DNA of 56,750 nt, the filler included, from Jimgerdemannia flammicorona (Eukaryota): NCBI GenBank assembly GCA_003990765.1. It is 3 parts of 3 records of this genome, joined end to end, with 100 filler letters (N's around TTAATTAATTAA, not from the genome) between each part and the next. Parts side by side here need not be neighbours in the genome. Positions count along the whole stretch, not along the records: positions 18,955 to 37,804 come from RBNJ01002090.1; 2 more parts are not named here. One strand, given 5' to 3'. Shown here piece by piece: positions 21,582 to 33,500 of this stretch. Below the pieces are notes generated by a model. The model saw nothing but the letters and a program-made list of their open reading frames with translations, was not told the origin of the DNA and ran no database searches. Within the stretch, counting starts at the first letter, position 1. Every line of letters starts with the position of its first letter. Position numbers and translations under genes: made by a program.

Positions 21582-24500
21582 CACTCCCACACAATAAGAA
21601 TGCCATAGAGGCTATGAAGATATGGGTACTCTAATCATTCTATACTCAGATCTGGCAACTGGCTGGCAAAGCCACTGTGAAGAGGCCTGAGGTACAGATC
21701 TTTTACAAGACATGGGCCATGGAACTTGGCCTTACCCTTCCCTCTCTTGCCCCCCCAATGGCTGACTCTGCTTCAAAGGCAGGTAGTACTGTGGCTATAA
21801 CTGGAGAGATGGTGATGGATTTGGAAGCTGAGGCTTCCTCTTCAGATACTTCTCATGCTATTGGTGTTAATATGCCTAGCCCACAATGATAGTTGGGTTC
21901 CTCAATACACATGGACTACCTCAGGACAAGTTTGATGTACTCAGTCAGTTAATTGGTCCTGCCCTCAATATTCATTTCATTTGTGAAATGTAGTATATTC
22001 TGCTATATCTCTCTCTACTCATTCACATGTCTTCCCCCCCATTATTACACAGGATTGTGAGTTACCAGAATGTGATCTCATGGTTCTCATATCAAACAAT
22101 TTTGCCTCACTCATTTCCGGGTCCTCTGCTGACCTCTTCTATATCTGGCTCATATTCTAGGACTTGGCTTTGGTTGGGGTGTATACTCCCTACTCTCTTC
22201 CCATTGGTGGGTTCTGTGATCTTGTATCTGGCCCCTTTCTGGGTAAGGCCCTTTTGATCAGGGACATTAATACCCATTTTGATACCCACCTTGGTGACAA
22301 CAACTGTGGTCCTAGGAATCAGATAGATGTCATTAATACCTCTCTGATGATGTGGTTATTGAACTACCTAACTCTGGTGACTGGATCCATATGCATGATC
22401 ACATATTCGCTACTGTGTCCCTCCATGTATCTCTTGCCTGCACCACTCCCTCTATTGCTACCGACCACCCCTCCCTCCTCACTGTCTCCTTCCTCTTCTC
22501 CCCCTCTCCAGTTGCCACTCTGACTAATATCTGTCACTATTCTGCAAGATATCTGACTAATCCAGTCATTCAAGCTCACCTTTAAGAATTAGCAGATATC
22601 ATTTACAATACTGTTATCAGGTCCATTTACTCTATTCAAGACTATTTTGCTGGCTTTCACTCTGTAGAAGATCACCAGCAATTTGTGGATTCTCTTGATG
22701 CCCTTTTAACCGCTGGTCTACAGTCCATCTGTGAGGACATTCTTGGCTCATATAATGCAAGAGAAATCAGACCCTCAGCAGGACCTCCTTTACAGTGCAT
22801 CTTCGGTCTCTGATACCATTCATGGTTTCAAATGAGCATACCACTCCACTCTCTCTACTCTCCTTCAATCTCGCTCCCACACTATCTCTATTTTTGATAA
22901 TGTGGTTGCTCACTTTACTACTATCTTCAGTCAACCAGACACCTCTCTCCACCTTGATGACTCTGAGGATGTCTTCCCCCTTAGCATAGGTGCTCTTGGG
23001 CTACAGTCTTGGTTTGACCAATCTGCAGTTTGGAGGGTTATCTGCAGCTACTCCCTCTCGAAGGCCTGTAGAGCTGACTCCTTGTATGTTCAGATCCTTT
23101 GGATGATGGTGGGTGAGAAGGATGCCCCCTGTAGCCTCTCCAAAGCCTTGTCCTTCTTCTTCCAGATGTGTATGGTCTGGGGGCTCACTCCTCATCACTG
23201 GAATTCTGCAATTATCACCCCGGTTCCCAAGAAGGATGAATCTAGGATAATTGATAGATTTCACTCTATTGCTCTCCCCAAAATATTTTGTAGACTCTTT
23301 GAGTGGTATTTGAAAGATTACGTCAAGAGCTGAAGTGGCCTGACAGAAATGTCACACTGCCAAGATGACTTTCGAACCCACTTCTCATCTCTTTTCCATG
23401 TCTTGCTTTCACATGAGATATGGGCAAAGGGGTGGGGCCACCACATCTTCCTTGACCTCTAGCAGGTGTATGATAGAGTCTCCCTCAAGCTCATTATTTC
23501 TCGACTTGAGGCATGAAATTCTCCTTACCATTATTCAAAGCCTGTTCAATCACTGTTCTTATCAGATGATTGTCAATAGCTTTGTCACCCCTTTGGTCTC
23601 CACTGAGCATGGCCTTTTCCAAGGCTCTCTTCTCTCCCCTGGCTCTTTGATATCTTTATCAACCCTCTCGCTGTCTCCTTTAATGAACAGTTTAAGGAGT
23701 ATGACTTTCCCCTCGGGCTCTTCTTTGCTGATAAAATTGCCCTCACCCCCTATACTGCTATGGAAGGACAGAGGATAATGGAACTTAACCCTAAGAAGTG
23801 TGGTTATATTGACCTGGCTGACTGTACTATATAGATTGGAAGCAAGCCCTACCTGTGACCTCCCTCCTATGTATACCTGAGTGTGCTGTATACAAACAAA
23901 GGTACAAAGGTGGAACATACTCTTGGATTCTACCATGCCCATGGTCCCCTCTGGTCACCAATGGTCAAGTTGGCCATTATTCAAACATTCATCAGTCCTT
24001 AGCTGGAGTATGGCCTCCCCCTTCTATGAGCTTTCCGTCTGGCTACTACCATGGAGCTTCAGGTATTAAAGCATCCCGAGAAGGTCTTTGATGATACTGC
24101 TGCTTGGGTGGTCAGATTTTTCAATTGTCTCTTACTTGGCAGCTTAATTCTTGGCCTCTCTTTCTTCCTTCATCATATATCAGACCTCTGCTGCATATTC
24201 CAAGCCCATCTGGATTAGTGTAGCAAGTCTGGCAACAATCCCTTTGGCTCTCTTAGCAAGTGCTTTGTCACATGTCTCCTGGGTTCTATTATTGACAAGT
24301 TCCAGCATTGGACCTCTTGGCTTGACTTCCTCAACTGGTACTGAGACCTCCATCCCTAGACCTATAAGACTTGCTTACTTTGCTCCTTCCTTAAGTTGTT
24401 TCTCCAGGACCAGCTGCTCCAGGAATGGACTTTCTCCTCTCAGGAACTCATTCAGTATATTACTCCGAAAGGCTGCTTGCAGTCTCAGGGTACCAATCAT

Positions 24501-25230
24501 GTCCTCTCCTTCCCCCTCCAGCTTGTACATTCTACCCTTACCTGGTGTTATGACTACTTTGGCCAGCCCTGCCTCTGCCCCTGTAGTGATAAGTTTCATC
24601 ATAGCCATCTCCCCAGATACAGTCTTCTCAATGACACCTATTCTGCCTTCCAAGATACTTCCAATCATGATGAACAACTTAATTGGTTTATCAGTAATAA
24701 ATCGCAGGATGAGCTTCATGTCTACCCTCTTCATACTCTTTACAAGACAGCCTACCACACTATAGAGGCCATGTATAATTCTGGTGGTCACCTTGCAGCT
24801 GGGTTCTGCCTGGCCAGGATTATAAAGATACTTGGATGATTGAGCGATCACACATTTTCTTTATTCCTTTCTTCCCCCTCATTCACCTGGTTGGTCTCCT
24901 TGTTGTTGAGAGCACATTAAGTTATATATCTCATATCAGTTACTTGGTATTTGGGTATTAATATTGTTCCTGTAGTTGGCACCAGGCATTTGAGTATTTT
25001 ATCTTAGTTTCTCTCCTTTCTGCTTTTTGTATTTATTATCTTTACAGCCATGATAAAATGGTTTATTCAGTCCATCTATAGGGTGGTCACCTCTTTGGTC
25101 TTTGTTTTGTTCTTCCAAGCTAGTTGTTACTTCACTGGCCTTTTTTTGCTATTCTCATTTTAGGAGTCTTTGCCACTTGTTACTTTGATGTATCTTATCT
25201 TCTTTACAATGAATAAATCCTTACTTGAAG
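21582..25230 (+). mobile_element. Telomeric LINE copy 6 (5'-truncated, strongly decayed)
   Basis: Starts within ORF1 (LPHNKNA). ORF1/ORF2 junction at 21886-21889 and ORF2 end at 24839. Ends CTTACTTGAAG followed by CCTATCCCTAGCCCTAG. Same orientation relative to its telomere as the contig 1 copies. Confidence 0.92.
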
Positions 25231-25247
25231 CCTATCCCTAGCCCTAG
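25231..25247. repeat. Fossil (degenerate) telomeric tract
   Basis: CCTAT CCCTAG CCCTAG immediately 3' of LINE copy 6. Confidence 0.75.
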
Positions 25248-28200
25248 ATGGTTGACTAAAAGGAGATATAGTTTCTTCTTATCTGAACTTCCAAATTCTT
25301 TGGCTTGTCTTATTCTTTTAGTCAGTTCAGAGACTTCTTATAAATTGTGGAGTTTTAACTTTCATAAAGACTACTTGGGCAATTTTCTATCCTCTTATGA
25401 TTCAGTGCTATTCTATACTACTGTTGTACAGAATGATCTTAATTTCATCTATATATCTTAGGTCAATAGTTTCTCCTTCTATAATTATTTAGTGAGGGGA
25501 GATCTTAAGGTCAGTTAAATATAAGTTCCTTGGGGTGGTTATATGACTAATTCAGTTCTGATCATGAATATTCTTTCAGACTTGATGAATTCATCCTTCA
25601 GACTGTAAAGATTATATCTTATATCTTCTGTATAGGCTTTGGTTAGGGGTTTGGTCTTGAGATATAGCAGGGCATACTGGGCAATATCCTTATTGAGTTC
25701 AGGCTATCCTTAGGCTGATGCTCAACTAGCAGAGAACCTCCATACTCTGAGGTTGAGGTATGGCCATCTGGCTCCAGTAGAGGGGTCTCAGAGATAGTTG
25801 ATTTCTCTTTTTCCTGTAGAGTCTAGGGCTTCTATAAAGTTGGTGACATCTTCCATCTCCTAAATTATAGATCTTGAGGGTCCTTCTTCCTGACTTCTTG
25901 TTCTGGCTTTTTCAGATCTAGCCTCTATTATCTCCTCTCTTAAGATGTAGATTGTAATATCATGACTAGGTGAATCTTCTGATGTCTACAGTCTTAGCAG
26001 TCTAGGTGTCTTTCATGATTACAATATCTCATTGCTCAAAAATACTGTTCTCAGTTATTGATTTTTTGTTGTCTTGAGAATTGGTATCCATCCTAGTCAT
26101 AAGTTGAGTGAAGAGTAGACAAAGAATATACTTCTGTTTGGTGAAGAGACCTTGTCCTCTAAATTGACTTTACAACTTAGTAGTAACTTCTTGGAAGATA
26201 GTTAATTATGTAATTGTATTTGGGTATTTTGGTCTTTGAGGTCTCTGTCTTTTTTGCTAGTCTAGTAGATTGCACTGATAGCAGTAATCTCAGTGAGTAT
26301 GAAAGACCATTTGGTGTGGGTATCTTCTTAGCTGAAATGCTCTCTCATAGTGAGTTCCTTTCTTAGAAATAATGAGAATTATGCTAAGTCCTTCTTCTAT
26401 ATTCTAAGGTTCATTATCTTCAGATAGTCTCTAGCAAGAGTCATCTTAGAAAATGAGTTCAGAGACCTCTTCTTCTTTTGGAGCTTCTTTTACAGAACTT
26501 CTTAGTTAGGAGCTTCTTTTTCCTTAGATGATTCTTGGTCCCAAATTACTTATACTTCTGTAGCTTCAGCTGCAGGTTTTTCTGGAATATGTCTGCATTT
26601 CTTTTTCTTTCTTCTGCCCTCTGGGCAGGCTGTGTCAGGCGAATTCCTTGTCCCAATAATTTTAGAGGAGTGCTCAGAGCACCTATATCTCTTGAGGCAG
26701 GTAGAGCATCCTTTGATTTCTTCTACAATGGCTCCAATAGTAATGGGGATGATATTCTTGGCCAATATATTGTCTTCTGGCCTATTATCCTTTAGGTTGA
26801 TTCAGAGATTGAGTCTGGGATCATTTCTATCTTCAGATTCTTCTTTTTCTTCTGTAGTAGATTCTTTACTACTGGTATATTTCTCTTGGATAGTGATCTT
26901 TTTCTCCTTTTTCAATTACTTATAACTGGTCACTTTAACTCTGTACTTCTTGTCTCAGTTGTTAAACTTAAATACTTATTGACTGATATTAATAACTACA
27001 TTCATTTGCTTCATCCAGTTGGTTTCAAGAATTATATTATAGGTAATAGCTTTGGTGATATAGCTTTTGAGATAGAGAACTGAATGTATCTAAGAGAAAT
27101 AGTGATATTTCATACTTCTTCAAGAGGTTGAGTTTAGGCTCTATCTGCTACTATAATGCTGATATTGAATGGTCTATCAATGGGCTATTAGAGGGTATCC
27201 AGAATTCATTTAGCAATGATATAGATAGCTACTCTGTATCAATAAGGATTTTTGCCTTTTGTTCTCCAATATCTCTGTATAGGTGGGTGCTGCTATATCC
27301 TTCTGCAACTTGGATAGAAATGGAAGCTGGCTCTTATTGTGAGAGTGGAACTTGCCCAGTGCTAGACCTGGTGGTTCTCAGTAATTTATTTCAGACTCTA
27401 GCTGGTGTCAGTAGTAGGAACTATAGGAGAGGGACTTCTATCTTGGCTTCTTGGATCTTCTGTCAGGTTTAATTATAGATATCTCTGGGCATAATCTTTG
27501 GGGTATACTTCTTCTTGGGCTTTAGAACAGCAGGTTCTCATTTTTTTTATTCTATTTTCTCATTCTCTAGTGACAACTCATTTGTCTCAGCAACAAAAGG
27601 TGAAGGATTCCGGAAAGGTGTTTCTACTTTTTCCTCTTCCTATTCTTCATCTTTTTCTTAGATAATTCTTCTGCTGATATTCCTGAATGGCCTTCCAACA
27701 GATCTCTTCCATTTCTCTACTGGGTAGACTGTCTTCTGGGTAGTAACCTTGGTAGAGTATAAGTCTAAGTTACTATAGCCTTTGGTGTTACTTACTTCTT
27801 CAAACTCCTCAATAGGATAGGCTTCAGTCTTCTTATACTGAGTATTACTCCTTCAGTTTGGTGGTTCTGAGTCCCTTTAGTCACTTCTTTTGTTATCATA
27901 TTCAGTAGCATAGTATCTGAATTGTATACAGTAGAAGCATTGGACTTGAACTTTATCTCAGACAGAATATCTTCTTTCTTTTTACTAGTTGTTCCTATTA
28001 TCTCTTAGTAGATAACCTTGGTTCCTTTGTGGTAGGTATTCTCTGTTATCTTAATAACTCCAATTTTTGAGTATCATGAGTTTTTCAATCTGTCCAACCA
28101 ATCAGTCTAACTTGGAATTGAGGTCTTGTATTTTGCTTCTGTCTTTCTTTTTTTCTTTGGCTGGTCTTCTTTCTTTAGACCTCTCCTATCCTTGGAGGAG

Positions 28201-30555
28201 TCCTTGTAGGGCTTTGACCAGGATATCTTTCTTATCTTCCTTCTTATCATAGTTACTCCAGGTAGTCTCTTATCTGATATCAAAGAATCCTTGAGCTGTA
28301 TCAACCTGCTCTTCAGGCCTTCTAATACCTAGAGTGTGAATATACTGGGCAATATTTGGGAGAATTTCATTCATAAAGGTCATTGGACTTATGATGGCTT
28401 GGTTGGTAGCATTGAATCTGGTTATATGTATTCTCTTCTGGATTCTTATAAAGAAGGCTCTGGGTGATTCTCTAAGATTTATCTTCATCCCTATGATGGA
28501 TTCTTGAGCCTTATAGTAGGTTTCATTTCCTGTATATTTTTCAACAAACCAGTGGACCATGGCTACATATTCTAGCTAAAAAGATGCTGCTGCTTGTATT
28601 TCTGCTACCAGTTCTGAATTTGAATTATTTGCTATTCTGTGAAAAATTCCTCTGGCTAGTTCTCTGAGCTAGATCTTATAAATAGTGATTTTGCTTTCAT
28701 CTGAGAGATTCCTCAGAGCTGCAATTCCTTCAATTCTATCAAGGAATTCTCTGGGGTCTTCCCCCAGATATTCTGTAAAGGTTGGCAATGAGGTAGCCAT
28801 TTTATCATTAATTTCTTCTGATTCTAGTTCTGGTCCAGATTCTGATTCAGATTCTGACTCTGATTTGCTATCTGAACTGTTACTGGGAGTGGAAGTGATT
28901 GAGTATCTTGAGAAGAATATTGCAAATCTTGGTTGGAGTAGCATAAGCCTAGATATTCTTGAAGGAGCTGCTTCTAGTTCTGTAAGAGCTGGTGAAAAAG
29001 ATTCTATGAATGAGATTGGTGGAACTGCTGTAGGATATCTGGCTGCATAATTTTGAGCTTGTGTAATAATATCTTCTAGTTCTTGGGTAAATTCTCCAAA
29101 GTCTCTAACAGGACTGCCTATATTGTCTGATTGATCTGGTTGAGAATTTCAGCCTGTACTGATTTCTGGTTGTGATCCTTCTGATGCTGAGTAGTTGGCA
29201 AGTCTTAAGGAGATTACTTCTCTTTATATCCAGATACTGGTGATAACTAGTTCTCCTGTAGTGGTAGAGATTGGTATTATATCAAATATATCCAGTTTGA
29301 CTGTGGGTTCTTGTGAGCTGAAAAGTCATATCAATTTTGAAATCTTCTCAGTTGAGCCTACAAATGTAATATATCTGACTCAATGGAGATAAATTATAAG
29401 GTTGGGGATTGATATAGGTTGGCTGGAGCTCCCAATTACTTTGTTAAAAGCAATAAAATGTTTTTAGTATTTAGTGATATAATAGTTAAAGCTGGATATA
29501 TGTGAGCAATTCTGGTGATTTTCTTATTGAGATGGGTTCTTAGGAGTAGTGGTGATTTATAGGTATGTGATGTAAGTCTCCTTCTTGGGTGGTGGATAAT
29601 TTCTGTATAGTGTAATGATCTCTGGCAATTTAGCATTTCCTTCTTAAGTAGTAACAATCTCAACAAGTATGTAATTTCTGGCATAATGATCTTATATAAT
29701 ATGATAATCTCTATAATACAGTGGGTTTCTTATATATGAGATTCTGACAATTTGGCAGATAACTTAATTTGATACAGATTCTCCTAAATTAGCAGGCTTC
29801 TTGAATATTCTGAAGCAGCTTACAGAGAATTGTACTGGTAGTGGATCCTTCCTGAATTGGGCTTTCTAGAAATAAAGAATAGTGTAGATTCTCTGAATTG
29901 GGCTCACTGGGAATAAACTAATAACTCAGATGTTTCAAATTCTTAGCAAGTTATATCAAAGACTGATTTCATTTACTTGAACAGATCACTGCAAAGTTGC
30001 ATCCAATAGACTGGCTTGTAGCAAGGTTTCTTATAGCAGGCTTTCTGAGAATGCAGATAACTCAGAAATGGCAGTGATATCCTTTACTTGAACTTGGCAG
30101 CAAACTTAGATTCTTTAGTCTTATCTGGTAAGTGAACCAAAAACAGACTCATTCTTTGTATCAGAAAGTGGACCAGAGTGGAAAAAGATAAAGCTCACAA
30201 TCTCCTAGCAGTGACTGTAGAGTTCCTCTCAAAGTATGGTAAATAGCTTATCTTTAGCTTTAGATTCAATTCAGACTGAGATTTATTCACTCTTATCTCT
30301 GGGGTATTTTATACAGTTGTGGTTACTACTGGTTACTATATTACTAACTATAGATTGCTATCTATGACAAGTTGTGCAGATCTAGCACAAGTGTGCAGAT
30401 CTAACACAGATGTACAGATCCTGCACAGATATACCTTATCTGGTAGTCTGACTATTTATACAGTTTTCCGCAGCAATGGTTGCTGGTTACTATGCTATGT
30501 GTTCACGTCATCTTGACTAAGTTATAATTCTGGTGGTGCGTTTTGGTTTGTCACA
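25248..30555 (-). mobile_element. Decayed Ty3/Gypsy-like LTR retroelement remnant (LTR, gag, protease)
   Basis: Gag-like MATSLPTFTEYLGEDPREFLDRIE (~28800). Decayed zinc knuckle QCFYCIQFRYYATEY (~27900-27945). Protease KILIDT (~27240) and YNIILETNWM (~27030). Minus strand starts TGTGACA at 30555, with a TATA-like motif at ~30301-30313. RT not recognised and CpG almost absent. Confidence 0.7.
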
Positions 30556-30564
30556 ATACATATA

Positions 30565-33500
30565 TTATAACAGTTTGAAACTCTTCAGAGACTTGCTTAG
30601 GATGTTGCTGACTTCTCTGGTGATGTCATTTCCTGAAGATGAAGGGAATTAGAGCGAATTATACTCATCATGAGTTTCATTCCATCACGTAGCTATTCAC
30701 GTATATACCTCCGAGAGTCAGCTCGGTGATATTCGGAGACCTAGATAGGGCACTTATCCCCTCGTCGCCAATCTTGTTATCTTTAAAATGGAACAGACGA
30801 TGAGCGAACACATATAGATCATGAGCTTCATTCCATCACGTTGCTGCACACAATTTTTCCCACAGTTCTAACATACGGTAGAGATTCAGCTTGGTCAAGG
30901 ACTTGTTCTGCATCAGAGACTTGGCTATGTTGCATGCCCCCAAATCGCCAATTTTGTTATCTTTGAAATGAAAAGAGGAAAGAACTCTCATCATGGGCTT
31001 CATTCCATCACGCAGCTCCAAAAAATGCTTCACAGACTTCTGACATACATTTGAGATTTAGCTCAGTTAAGGTCGTATTCTGCATCAGAGATTCGGCTAG
31101 GGCGCATGCCCCCTCGTTGCCAATCGTATTCCCTTTAAAAATGAACAAGGATGAGCAGACACTCAGATCATAAATTCATTCTATCCCGCAGCTGCACGCG
31201 ATGCTTCACACGGTTCCAACAAACCTCCGAGATTCAGCACGGTCAAGGTCCTATTCTTCTTCAGGGACTCGGCTAGGGCTTGTGCCCTCCCATCGTCAAT
31301 GCTATTCCCTTTAAGATGAACAGGGGATGAACCAACACGCACGATCATGAGCTTCATTTCATCACACATATGCACGCAATGCTTCACACAGTTCCAACAT
31401 ACTGTAGAGATTCAGCTCTTTCAAAGGCGTGTTCTGCTTCAGAGATTCAGCTAGGGCACGTAGCCCCCTGTCCTCAATAATATTCTCTTTTAAAATGAAC
31501 AGAGGACGAGCGAACACGTATTGTGAGCTTCATTCCATCACCGCTGCACACAATGCATCACACAATTCTAACATACTGGAGAGATTCAGCCCCGTCAAGG
31601 TCGTGTTCTGCTTCAGAGACTCGGCTAAGGCACATGTCCCCTCGTCGCCAATCCTATTATCTTTAAAATGAATGAGAGTGAACACGCACAGCCCGTGAGC
31701 CTCATTCCAACGCACAGCTGCACAGAACGCTTTATACAGCTCTGAAATACCTTCGAGATTCAACTCAGCCAATGTCTTGTTCTGCTTCAGAGACTCGCCT
31801 AGGGAGCATGCCCCCTCGCCGCCAATCCTATTCACTTCAAAATGAACAAGAATGAACGAACACAATTCTTGAGCGTCATTCCATCACAGAGCTACACACA
31901 ATGCTTCACACAGTTCTGACATACCTCCAAGATTCAGCTCGGTCAAGGTTGTGTTCTGCTTCAGAGACTCGGCTAGGGCGCATGCCCCCTCATTGCCAAT
32001 GCTATTTCCTTTAAAATGAACAGGAGTTGAGCGAACACGTACATCATTTCATCAGACAGCTGCACATAATGCTTGGCACAGTTATGACATACTGGAGATA
32101 TTCAACTCAGTCAAGGTCGTGTTCCGCTTCAGAGACTCGGATAGGGCGCGTGCCCCTCCGTCGCCAATGGTATTGTCTTTAAAATGAAAAAGGGATTAGT
32201 GAACCTGAACAGATCGTGAGCTTCATTCCATCCCGCTTCTGCCTCACACAGTTCTGACATACTCGAGAGATTCAGCTCCGTCAAGGTCGTGTTCTGCTTT
32301 AGGGACTCGGCTAGGGCGTGTGCAACCCCGCCGTCAATGTTATTCCCTTAATGCGCAAGGGATAAGCGAAAACGCACGGCTTGTGAGCTTCATTCCATCG
32401 TGCTGCTGCACACAATATTTTGCCCAGTTCTAACATACTTTCGAGATTCAGGTCAGTCAAGGTCATATTTTGCTTAAGAGACTCGGCTATGGCGTGCGCC
32501 CCCCGGTTGCCAATGATATTCCCTTTAAAATGAATAGGCGATGAGTAAACTCGCAGAGATCGTGAACTTCATTACGTCACGCAGGCACATAATGCTTCAC
32601 ACATTTGTGATACCTCCGAGATTCAATTGGGTCAAGGTCGGGTTCCGCTTCAGAGACTCGGCTAGGGCGATTGCCCCCTCGGTGCCAATGTTGTTTTCTG
32701 AGGGTGATAAAACATGTGGACATTGAGTTCCGTTCAATGAAATTGCTAAAAAAAAAAAAAGAAAAAAAGATTCACACAATTCTGATATACCTTGAAAATT
32801 AATGGCGGTCAAAGTAGTGTTTTTCTTTAGATACCCTGCTAAGGCGCGGGCTAACAGAATACCGATTCTGTTTCCTGAATATAATGAGGGGATGTGAGCC
32901 CACCTGGGTTTCAAATTGGTTCTATCTCACAGCTACAAAGTCAGTCATTGCAATGATCTGACGCACCACTGAGATCGAGCTTGGACACGTTTGTATTCCA
33001 CTTCAGAAATTCGATCAGAGAGCGGGTTCCTCCGTCGTTCGTGTACTTTCCTGAATATGGACAGGGATGGGTAGATATGAATGGAGGGTGAATTTTATCT
33101 TCAGTAAACAATTGTTCGCACCAGTCAACTATACCTGAGAGATTTAATTTATGCCAGGGGATATTGGCTCTCTTGATGCCAACCCTGTTTTCTGTAGGTA
33201 AATGAAGAAATAGCAAACACCAATAGGCCATAAGTTTGATTGTATAAACTGTAGCAAACAAAAGTTCATGTGTTATGACTTACTGATTCTGATACGGTTT
33301 TTCCTGATGCTATTCTCTAAAACCAAACCAAGAATTAATATGCATAAACAGTTGGCTGTGGCAAGTCATCAATGTGGGGACCCGCCAATGTTACCTTCGA
33401 TGCTATCATAATCTGATCAATGCGACATACGTTAAGAACACAAAAATCTTCCGATTAGCAAATATGAATATCGCCCACAACGATAACTGTGTGACCTGTG

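Noticed and set aside
30709..33050. Regularly spaced repeats superficially like a CRISPR array
   Set aside because: The units are spliceosomal exons encoding LRRs plus homologous introns. The context is eukaryotic and there are no cas genes.
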